DNA of 20,232 nt from Armatimonadota bacterium (GCA_037443365.1 JBBIOM010000034.1:1-20232), one strand, 5' to 3'. Shown: positions 10,256 through 19,115, numbered from the stretch's first letter. A program made the numbers and translations. Notes: a model not told the origin generated them from the sequence alone.

Positions 10256-11410
10256 CTAGTCTGCCTCCACGCCGACCGCTTCCACTGGCCTGGAGTTGCG
10301 CAGGTAGATCCTGGGAACACGCCGTCCGATGCGACAGAATATCTCATGAGGGATCGTCTGAGCGGACGCGGCAACCTCGTCCACCGGCAACCCGGGACCG
10401 AACACGATCACCTCTTCGCCCTCCCGGACCGGCGCATCGCCCGCGTCCAGCATGGTGTAGTCCATGCAGACGCGCCCGACCACAGGCAGCCGGCCACCGC
10501 CCGCAAGCATCTGCCCGGCGCCGCCCAACAGCCGCGGGTAGCCGTCGGCGTAACCCAGTCCCACCGTGGCGATAGTGGTAGCCTGCTGGGTCCGGTAGGT
10601 GCCGCAGTAGGACACCGGGGTCCCGGCCGGAACACGCTGCGCGCGGGTCACGCGAGAGGAGAGCGTCATGGCGGGGCGCAGATCCAGGGCCCCAAGGTGC
10701 GGCCCGGGCGCGACACCGTAGAGCGAGATGCCGATGCGCACCATGTCCAGGTGGGACTCAGGATGCGCGAGGGTCGCGGCGCTGGCCGCGGCGTGCGCCA
10801 TCGCCTGGGGGAACCGCTCCCGCACGAGCGCCACCGCCTGCGCAAAGGCGGCGAGCTGCGCGCGCGTGCGCGCCGGATCGGGTGAATCGGCGCAGGCCAT
10901 GTGCGTGAAGACGCCTTCCACCTCAACCTTCGAGGGATCCACACGTTCCAGAAATCCGGCCAGGTCCTCGACCCGCACGCCCATGCGCGTCATGCCGGTG
11001 TCCACCTTGAGGTGGATGCGCTGCCTGCCCCCGGGACCGGGCGACTGCGCCGCCAGCAAGGCATCGGGCGTGCCCACCGTCAGGCGGCACTGTGAGCCGG
11101 CGACGCGCGGCAGCCAGCCGCCCAGGGCCGGCCCCAGTATCAGCGTGGGGGCGCTCACGCCTGAAGCCATCAGCGCCGCGGCCTCACCCGGGGTCATCAC
11201 ACCCAGCCAGGCGGCACCGGCTTCGAGCGCGGCTCGAGCCACAGGCACGAGCCCGTGACCGTAGGCGTCCGCCTTGACCACCGCCATGAAGGCGGTACCA
11301 GCAGGGAGCAATGCGCGGATCGCGCGCACGTTGTGCGCCACGGCGTCGAGGTCAACCGTGGCCCACGTTCGCGCTCGCGCGAGCAGCAGGCGGCCTTCGA
11401 GGTCACTCAT
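10256..11410 (-). CDS. alr: Alanine racemase
   Basis: Start ATG at 11410 overlaps the nnr end; AVVKADAYGHG (PLP Lys), HLKVDTGMTRMG, FTHMACAD, VSYCGTY (catalytic Tyr), GYADG, VGRVCMD. Confidence 0.95.
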   Translation of the reverse strand: MSDLEGRLLLARARTWATVDLDAVAHNVRAIRALLPAGTAFMAVVKADAYGHGLVPVARAALEAGAAWLGVMTPGEAAALMASGVSAPTLILGPALGGWLPRVAGSQCRLTVGTPDALLAAQSPGPGGRQRIHLKVDTGMTRMGVRVEDLAGFLERVDPSKVEVEGVFTHMACADSPDPARTRAQLAAFAQAVALVRERFPQAMAHAAASAATLAHPESHLDMVRIGISLYGVAPGPHLGALDLRPAMTLSSRVTRAQRVPAGTPVSYCGTYRTQQATTIATVGLGYADGYPRLLGGAGQMLAGGGRLPVVGRVCMDYTMLDAGDAPVREGEEVIVFGPGLPVDEVAASAQTIPHEIFCRIGRRVPRIYLRNSRPVEAVGVEAD

Positions 11411-12992
11411 GGGTGGCCGGATCAAGCGGGGTGACCAGCTCGGCGACCGATCCCGAACGAACGGCCGCCAGGGCCCCGGGCAGTTCGTCGGCCACCTCGC
11501 GCGCCAGCACGCCCACCGGCCCCCGGGCCGCGGCCGCGCGGTCGCCGGCCAGGCCATGCAGGTACGCGCCTGCCCAGGCCGCCGAGGCAGGGGGCAGGCC
11601 CTGACCCACAAGCGCGGCAATGACCCCGCAGAGCACATCGCCCATGCCTCCGGCTGCCATGGCCGGATTCCCTGTGGGGATCACGAAGGCCGCGCCGCTA
11701 GGATCGGCGACGACCGTGCGCGCGCCCTTCAGGACGACCACCGCACGGTGACGCGCGGCTGCCGCGCGTGCCGAGGCCAGGCGCTGACGTTGGACCTCGT
11801 TTACGCCGCAGCCCAGCAGGCGCGCCATCTCGCCGGGGTGCGGCGTCAGGATGCGCGGTGCCCTGCCTGCGGGCAGGGCGCCAGGGGCGGCGGCCATGAC
11901 GTTCAGGGCGTCGGCGTCCAGGACCAGCGGCACAGGGCACTCCTCGAGCAGGCGCGCCACCACGCTTGCCGGCCCGTCCAGGCGCGAGATCCCGGGCCCG
12001 CAGGCGACCACATCCGCGGCACCAGCCAGCTCGAGGACGCCGCCCGCGGCTTCGGCGGCCAGGGCGCCGCCATCGTCGGGGAGCGGCACCGGCATTCCTT
12101 CAATGACCGCGGGGCCCACCACCGGGTAGATCGTGCCAGGGACGCCCAGCGTCACCAGCCCGGCGCCGGCCCGCAGCGCTCCGAGCACGGCGAGCACCGC
12201 GGCGCCGCTGTGCCCAACCGAGCCTGCGACCACCAGCACCCGGCCTACATCACCCTTGTGGGCGTCGAGGCGGCGCTGCGGGATCGCCGCGTCTGCCATC
12301 GCGCGGGTGACCAACGTGGTGGGAATGCCTGCCTCGTCGATCAGACGCCGCGGGTGTCCAACGTCGGCCACCCAGATGCGCCCGGCGTGGGCCGCGCCCG
12401 GGGCCAGGACCAGCCCTGCCTTGGGGAGCCCCATCGTGACAGTGGCCGTGGCGCGCACGGCATGGCTGTCCGCGGCGCCGGTATCGCCGTTCACGCCCGA
12501 AGGAATGTCTATGGCCAGAACCGGCCGGCCGCAGGCATTGATGGCCTCGATCGCCCTGGCCGCCAGACCCATGGCCGGGCCGCGAAACCCTGTGCCGAAC
12601 AGGCCGTCAACCACCAGGTCCGCGCCTGCCAGCATCCCGCGCAACCCTGGCATGGCCGTGCTGTCGAGATTGGCGATCTCTACCCCGGCCCGGCGGGCGG
12701 CCTGGAGATTCACCGCGGCGTCGCCGCTGATCTCGGCATCGCGGCCCACCAGCGCCACCAGGACCCGCCACCCGGCCGCCCGCAGGACGCGGGCGGCCAC
12801 CAGCCCGTCACCGCCGTTGTTGCCCTTGCCCGCGACCACGCATACGCCTGCACAGCGCCCTCCCACCAGGCGCGCGGCGGCCTGCGCCACTGCGCGCCCG
12901 GCCGCCTCCATGAGGAGCAGCGTGGGCACGCCAAACTCGTCGGCGGCCCGCCGGTCCAGTAGTGCCATCTCTTCGCTGGTTGGGAGCTTCAA
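11403..12992 (-). CDS. nnr: Bifunctional NAD(P)H-hydrate epimerase/dehydratase (NnrE-NnrD, YjeF)
   Basis: LMEAAG, GKGNNGGDG, DGLFGTG, DIPSG (epimerase); HKGDVG, GAGLV, GPG, LDADALN, TPHPGEMARL, GGMGDVL (dehydratase); TTG start with GGAGG at 12999-13003. Confidence 0.96.
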   Translation of the reverse strand: MKLPTSEEMALLDRRAADEFGVPTLLLMEAAGRAVAQAAARLVGGRCAGVCVVAGKGNNGGDGLVAARVLRAAGWRVLVALVGRDAEISGDAAVNLQAARRAGVEIANLDSTAMPGLRGMLAGADLVVDGLFGTGFRGPAMGLAARAIEAINACGRPVLAIDIPSGVNGDTGAADSHAVRATATVTMGLPKAGLVLAPGAAHAGRIWVADVGHPRRLIDEAGIPTTLVTRAMADAAIPQRRLDAHKGDVGRVLVVAGSVGHSGAAVLAVLGALRAGAGLVTLGVPGTIYPVVGPAVIEGMPVPLPDDGGALAAEAAGGVLELAGAADVVACGPGISRLDGPASVVARLLEECPVPLVLDADALNVMAAAPGALPAGRAPRILTPHPGEMARLLGCGVNEVQRQRLASARAAAARHRAVVVLKGARTVVADPSGAAFVIPTGNPAMAAGGMGDVLCGVIAALVGQGLPPASAAWAGAYLHGLAGDRAAAARGPVGVLAREVADELPGALAAVRSGSVAELVTPLDPATHE

Positions 12993-13095
12993 GCGTCGCC
13001 TCCGCCTCTGCCGTTGCGAGGCTTCTTGTCGGCGATGCCGGTTTCCTCTCGGGGCTTACCCACAGAATCCACAGCCGGGGAACAGCAGTTGGGGA

Positions 13096-13124
13096 TTGAC
13101 CGGCCGGTCCCCTGGTGCTAGGGT
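13096..13124 (+). promoter_or_regulatory. Sigma70-type promoter pointing against the operon, driving the structured RNA
   Basis: -35 TTGACC (13096-13101), 17-bp spacer, extended -10 TGc-TAGGGT (13116-13124). The purine at 13131, 7 nt after the -10, is the first base of the RNA closing helix. Confidence 0.72.
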
Positions 13125-13130
13125 ACGGCT

Positions 13131-13300
13131 AGAGGAGTGCGAGCCCAACGGCGAAGTAGCCGAGTCAAACGTCGCGCACGTGGACTCCGAAAGCCGGACG
13201 GTCTTCTCGGGAGGTAACTCCCGAGAATAGCCTACCGAGCGGTACGAACCGGCGACGCGACCGAAGACGGTGAAAAGTCGGACAAAGCGAGCGCTCCTCT
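13131..13300 (+). ncRNA. Structured non-coding RNA of ~170 nt; 6S (SsrS)-like rod or unassigned motif
   Basis: 5' AGAGGAGUGC (13131-13140) pairs with 3' GCGCUCCUCU (13291-13300). Apical hairpin UUCUCGGGAG-GUAA-CUCCCGAGAA (13204-13227) lies exactly at the midpoint. Nested helices CGUCGC/GCGACG and GCCG-GA-CGGU/ACCG-AG-CGGU; A-rich loops on this strand; own promoter; no credible ORF. Existence is better supported than family identity. Confidence 0.7.
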
Positions 13301-13315
13301 TCGATTTGCCCCACG

Positions 13316-13696
13316 CTAATCCCCGAGCGCAACCGCGCTGGCCAGAGCGAGATCGCGCGTGTGAGACAGCGTGACCAGCACGCTGGTGACACCCTGCTGC
13401 TCTGCGATCCGGCGCGCGGCGCCGTGCAGTCGCACAAGCGGCCGCCCGCACGCATCGTCTGCGATCTCTATCTCGCGCCACGCCACTCCGCGCCGTCCTA
13501 CCCCGAGCGCCTTCATCACGGCCTCCTTGGCCGCGAAGCGCGCCGCCAGCCGGGGTCCTCGGACCGCCTCGGGCCGCGCGTGCCCTGTCTCTCCCGGTGT
13601 GTAGATCCGCGTGGTGAACGCGTCGCCCCAGCGCGCAACCGCGCGCTCTATGCGGTCCACCTCGATGAGGTCGCTCCCTAGCCCGAGCACCCTCAT
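13316..13696 (-). CDS. acpS: Holo-[acyl-carrier-protein] synthase
   Basis: GLGSDLIEVDRI, LAARFAAKEAVMKALG, GRP, VTLSH motifs. Confidence 0.96.
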   Translation of the reverse strand: MRVLGLGSDLIEVDRIERAVARWGDAFTTRIYTPGETGHARPEAVRGPRLAARFAAKEAVMKALGVGRRGVAWREIEIADDACGRPLVRLHGAARRIAEQQGVTSVLVTLSHTRDLALASAVALGD

Positions 13697-13869
13697 CCCG
13701 GCGGCTCCGCCTCGTCAGCCAGCATGATGGGGATCTCTGCGCCCTCGATCCGCCGGATCGGATACCGGCGCCCGCAGGCCGAGCAGACGATGCGGTCGCC
13801 CTCGCGCACCACCGGCGCGTGGTCCACCGGGCACGCCAGCACCCGCAGGAACTCCGCGTCAATCGCCAT
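13693..13869 (-). CDS. Trm112-like (YcaR/UPF0434) small protein, 58 aa
   Basis: Not in the ORF track. MAIDAEFLRVLACPVDHAPVVREGDRIVCSACGRRYPIRRIEGAEIPIMLADEAEPPG; LACP...C..C.R.YPI...IP.ML.DEA is the family pattern. Purine-rich SD upstream; ATGA overlap with acpS. Confidence 0.88.
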   Translation of the reverse strand: MAIDAEFLRVLACPVDHAPVVREGDRIVCSACGRRYPIRRIEGAEIPIMLADEAEPPG

Positions 13870-13883
13870 CAGCGCACCCCTTC

Positions 13884-15731
<1,848 letters not shown>

Positions 15732-15781
15732 GCCCGACCTCCGTGCACGAGATGGAAGCCCGAAGTCCGATAGACGCTATC

Positions 15782-16561
15782 CTAGCCGCCTGAACCCGCC
15801 GCCCGCGGCCGCCACCGCTCGCGAAGAGCCATCAGGAACAGCGGCGGTATCGTGCGCACGACGCCCCACCTTCGCGGCTCGCGCGAGACCCTGTAGAGCC
15901 ATTCAAGACCCGCCCGCTGCATCCAGCGCGGTGCGCGCGCGACGCGACCTGCCAGCACGTCGAGCGACCCTCCCACGCCGATCACAACCGGCACGCCCAG
16001 ATCCGCGCTCCAACGCCGCATCCAGCGTTCCTGCCGCGGCGCGCCAAGTGCAACCAGGAGGATATCGGGGAGGGCAGACCGGATCTGCTCCAACACCCCT
16101 GGCTCCTGCTCTGGTTCGAAGAACCCGTGGCGGGTTCCGGTGATCCGCAGCGGCGGATGCAGCCGCCGCAGCGCCGCGGCCGCTTCCTCGGCCACGCCCG
16201 GCGCGCCGCCCAGCAGGAAGACGCCCCACCCTGCCGAGGCGGCGCTGGCGCAAAGGGCGAGCGCCAGGTCAATCCCTGCCAGGCGCTCGGAGAGCGGCAC
16301 TCCCAGTATGCGCGCGGCCAGGATCACCCCGATCCCGTCAGCGGTGACGAGCGCCGCGTCGTTGATCAGGGCGCGAAGTTCCGGGTCGCGCGCCGCCTGC
16401 ACCAGGAGCGAGCCGTTGAGGGTCACCACATAGCCGGGGTTGCGAGTCCCGATCCGGTCGCGCGCCCACCGCAGCGCGGCATCGAGTCCCACGTCGTGCA
16501 CCTGGGCTTCGAACAGCAGGCGCCTGGCCGCGGCGATCCCCGCGGGGTCCGGCCCTGTCAC
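15782..16561 (-). CDS. WecB/TagA/CpsF family glycosyltransferase (GT26, N-acetylmannosaminyltransferase-like)
   Basis: VVTLN, ADGIG, FLLGG, HGFF, VALGAPRQERW, GVGGSLD, RAPRWMQRAGLEWLYR..EPRRW; GTGA overlap with the glmM stop. Confidence 0.93.
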   Translation of the reverse strand: MTGPDPAGIAAARRLLFEAQVHDVGLDAALRWARDRIGTRNPGYVVTLNGSLLVQAARDPELRALINDAALVTADGIGVILAARILGVPLSERLAGIDLALALCASAASAGWGVFLLGGAPGVAEEAAAALRRLHPPLRITGTRHGFFEPEQEPGVLEQIRSALPDILLVALGAPRQERWMRRWSADLGVPVVIGVGGSLDVLAGRVARAPRWMQRAGLEWLYRVSREPRRWGVVRTIPPLFLMALRERWRPRAAGSGG

Positions 16562-17904
16562 GACGGCGCACCCAGACGGTCGGCGATGACCGACGCGACC
16601 CTATCCGCGACGGCGCGGGCCTCCTCGTGGCTTGCGGCCTCGACCATGACCCGGACCAGGGGCTCGGTGCCAGACGGCCTCACCAGGATTCGGCCGCGCG
16701 AGCCGAGACAGGCCTGGGCCTCGGCCACAGCCCTGTCCACCTCCGGCGCGTCAATCGGTCCGTTGCGCTCCCGCACCCGCACGTTCACTAGCACCTGTGG
16801 GAAGCGCGGGATCTCCGCTCGCAGGTCGGAAAGCCGGCGCCGGGTCGCCGCCATCACGTTCGCAAGCGCGATCGCGGTCACCAGGCCGTCCCCGGTTGTG
16901 GCCATGTCGAGAAAGATCAGGTGCCCGCTCTGCTCGCCCCCCAGCGTGGCGCCGCTCTCGATCATGCGCTCGAGCACGTAGCGGTCGCCGACCGGGGCCC
17001 GCTCGAGCCGGATTCCTTCCTGCGCCAGGCGCTGCTCGAGTCCCAGGTTGCTCATCACGGTCGCAGCGACGACCCCGCCGGAGAGCCGGCCGGTGCGGTG
17101 CCGGTGGAGCGCGCAGATCCCCATGAGCGCGTCGCCGTCAACTTCCTCGCCCTGCTCGTCCACGGCGAGCACGCGGTCGGCATCGCCGTCGTGCGCGAAC
17201 CCGACGTCGGCGCCGCAGGCCAGCACGGCCTTCCTCAGGGGACCCAGATCCGTGGAGCCGCAGCCCACGTTGATGCGGGAGCCGTCGGGCTCAGTGTGAA
17301 TTGCAGCGACCCGGGCGCCCAGCATCTCCCAGAGACGCGGCGCCACCCGTACGGCGGCGCCGTGGGCGCAGTCCACCACGACCTTCATGCCGCGGAGAGG
17401 GCCCGCGGACAGGCTGACCAGGTGCGCCAGGTAGCGCTCCACACCGTCGGGGATCGCCTCGATCCTCCCCATGGCGGTTCCGGTTGGTCGCGGGAGATCG
17501 TCTCGCTCGAGGAGGGATTCGATGGCGGCTTCCCTGCCGTCGGGCAACTTGAACCCATCGGCTCCGAACAGCTTGATGCCGTTGTCCTCGACCGGGTTGT
17601 GCGACGCTGATATGACCACCCCGCACGCGGCGCCCAGGTCGCGGGCCAGGTAGGCCACGGCGGGCGTGGTCAGGATGCCGCCCAGCAGGACGTGCCCTCC
17701 CACCGAGCAGACCCCGGCTGCGAGCGCCGCTTCCAGCATGGGGCCCGAGAGGCGGGTGTCGCGGCCCAGGATGAACGTCGCGTCCGCCCCGCCCAGCTCG
17801 GTGCCGGCCGCGCGGCCGACGCGAAACGCCAGCTCGGGCGTCAGGTCGAGGTTTGCGACGCCCCGGATCCCGTCGGTTCCAAAGAGCCGTCGGATGGCCG
17901 CCAT
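16558..17904 (-). CDS. glmM: Phosphoglucosamine mutase
   Basis: LFGTDGIRG, GRDTRLSG, ISASHNP (phospho-Ser), DGDADR, GGEQSGH, RPSGTEP. Confidence 0.97.
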   Translation of the reverse strand: MAAIRRLFGTDGIRGVANLDLTPELAFRVGRAAGTELGGADATFILGRDTRLSGPMLEAALAAGVCSVGGHVLLGGILTTPAVAYLARDLGAACGVVISASHNPVEDNGIKLFGADGFKLPDGREAAIESLLERDDLPRPTGTAMGRIEAIPDGVERYLAHLVSLSAGPLRGMKVVVDCAHGAAVRVAPRLWEMLGARVAAIHTEPDGSRINVGCGSTDLGPLRKAVLACGADVGFAHDGDADRVLAVDEQGEEVDGDALMGICALHRHRTGRLSGGVVAATVMSNLGLEQRLAQEGIRLERAPVGDRYVLERMIESGATLGGEQSGHLIFLDMATTGDGLVTAIALANVMAATRRRLSDLRAEIPRFPQVLVNVRVRERNGPIDAPEVDRAVAEAQACLGSRGRILVRPSGTEPLVRVMVEAASHEEARAVADRVASVIADRLGAPS

Positions 17905-17910
17905 GCAGTC

Positions 17911-18312
17911 CTAGGGGCGCGCGATGGTGACGAGCACGATCGCAGGAGTCGCCTGGGCCGATGCTATGCCCGCCGGGGCCGGCACCCTGAGCGTAACACG
18001 GTACGTCCCAACGTCCATGGCCCCCACCTGGGCGATGGCACGCACGTCGGACGCCCTCACCTCCAGCACGGCCGGGGTCGGTCCGCGCATCTCGAGGTCC
18101 ACGATCCGCGGGTAGGCCGTCGCCACGAGATCGGAGGACAGCCCCGCGAAGGTCACCTCCACGTTGCGCACGACCAGCGAGGCCACCATAGCGTGCTCGG
18201 GCCTGGCGATCTGCGCGCTCCCCACGTAGTACCACATCGTGGTAGCGATGGCCAGCGACAGCGCCAGCAGCCGTGCGCGCTCTGAGAACAGCCGATCGAG
18301 GCGAGCCTTCAT
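17911..18312 (-). CDS. cdaR: Short CdaR/YbbR-like diadenylate cyclase regulator, 133 aa
   Basis: Likely true start is ATG at 18312, overlapping the cdaA stop (ATGA). MKARLDRLFSERARLLALSLAIATTMWYYV matches the CdaR N-terminal TM pattern (SL..A..LW.YV), followed by one YbbR-like domain (PRIVDLEMRGP...GTYRVTLRV...P.IVLVTI). Canonical cdaA-cdaR-glmM position. Confidence 0.8.
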   Translation of the reverse strand: MKARLDRLFSERARLLALSLAIATTMWYYVGSAQIARPEHAMVASLVVRNVEVTFAGLSSDLVATAYPRIVDLEMRGPTPAVLEVRASDVRAIAQVGAMDVGTYRVTLRVPAPAGIASAQATPAIVLVTIARP

Positions 18313-19115
18313 GGATGCGCCTGGTTCCGGCGCCAGGGCCAGAGCGTCGGGCTGCGCGGCCCGCCGTGAGCCAGCAGGCCCAGCAGCGCGACCTTGAGCT
18401 CCTCCTCGGACAGGCCGGGGCTCAGGGTGCCGCCACGCGCCAGGGAAATCGCGCCGGTCTCCTCGGAGACGACCACGGCCACGGCGTCGGTCACCTCGCT
18501 GATGCCGACCGCCGCCTTGTGCCGGGTGCCCAGGGTCCGGCTCAGTTGCGGGCTCTCGCTGAGCGGGAGCAGGCAGCCAGCCGCCATGAGACGGTTGCCG
18601 CGAATCACCACCGCTCCATCGTGCAGCGGCGTGTTGTGGAAGAAGGTGGTGATGAGCAGCTGCACCGACGCCAGCCCGTCGATCTTGATTCCCGACTCGA
18701 TGACGTCGCCAAGGCCTGTGCGCCGCTCCAGCACGATCAGCGCCCCGGTCTTGCGGGTCGCGAGCACACGGCACGCCCGCGCGACGTCGTTCACAAGGCG
18801 TATCATCTCCTCGCGACCCAGTCCGTGGCCCAGCCCGGAGACAAGAACGCCGCCGCGCCCAAGCTGCTCCAGCATGCGCCGCAGTTCTGGCTGGAAGATC
18901 ACGAGGACGGCGATCGGGATAACCACTCCCAGGTACGAGAGTACCCACTGCAGCGTGCTCAGCTTGAGGAGCCGGCTGGCGGTGTAGACGACGAACAGCA
19001 CGGCCAGCCCGGTCGAGAGCTGCACGGCCCGCGTGCCGCGCACGAGCCACAGGACCTGATAGACCAGAGCCGTCACGATGGCGATGTCCAGCAGGTCTAG
19101 GGCTCGGATGGGCAT
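18309..19115 (-). CDS. cdaA: Membrane diadenylate cyclase CdaA/DacA (c-di-AMP synthase)
   Basis: LDIAIV, GTRAVQL, three hydrophobic segments, IFQPELRRMLEQLG, GALIV, PLHDGAV, GTRHKAA, VSEETG. Confidence 0.96.
   Translation of the reverse strand: MPIRALDLLDIAIVTALVYQVLWLVRGTRAVQLSTGLAVLFVVYTASRLLKLSTLQWVLSYLGVVIPIAVLVIFQPELRRMLEQLGRGGVLVSGLGHGLGREEMIRLVNDVARACRVLATRKTGALIVLERRTGLGDVIESGIKIDGLASVQLLITTFFHNTPLHDGAVVIRGNRLMAAGCLLPLSESPQLSRTLGTRHKAAVGISEVTDAVAVVVSEETGAISLARGGTLSPGLSEEELKVALLGLLAHGGPRSPTLWPWRRNQAHP

Noticed and set aside
13204-13227. Perfect hairpin as a simple intrinsic terminator for acpS
   Set aside because: There is no U tract on either side, it is ~90 nt from the acpS stop, and it is nested symmetrically in a larger fold with a GNRA loop on the plus strand.
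13128-13300. Lysine riboswitch reading of the structured RNA (AGAGG..GCGA start, AGUA/GAAAG loop E, GAGCGCU end)
   Set aside because: It lacks the GCCGAA junction and the CUGUC/P5 elements, AGAGG is used in the closing helix, and no downstream gene lies on that strand.
15732-15781. glmS ribozyme upstream of glmS
   Set aside because: Only 50 bp separate tagA and glmS, and the ribozyme core is not present; only a 5-bp hairpin (GATAG/CTATC) is seen.
17911-19050. 379-aa ORF suggesting a long CdaR or a cdaA-cdaR frameshift fusion
   Set aside because: The first ~246 codons are an off-frame overlap with cdaA. The CdaR-like sequence begins at ATG 18312 with a standard ATGA coupling, and no slippery site was seen.
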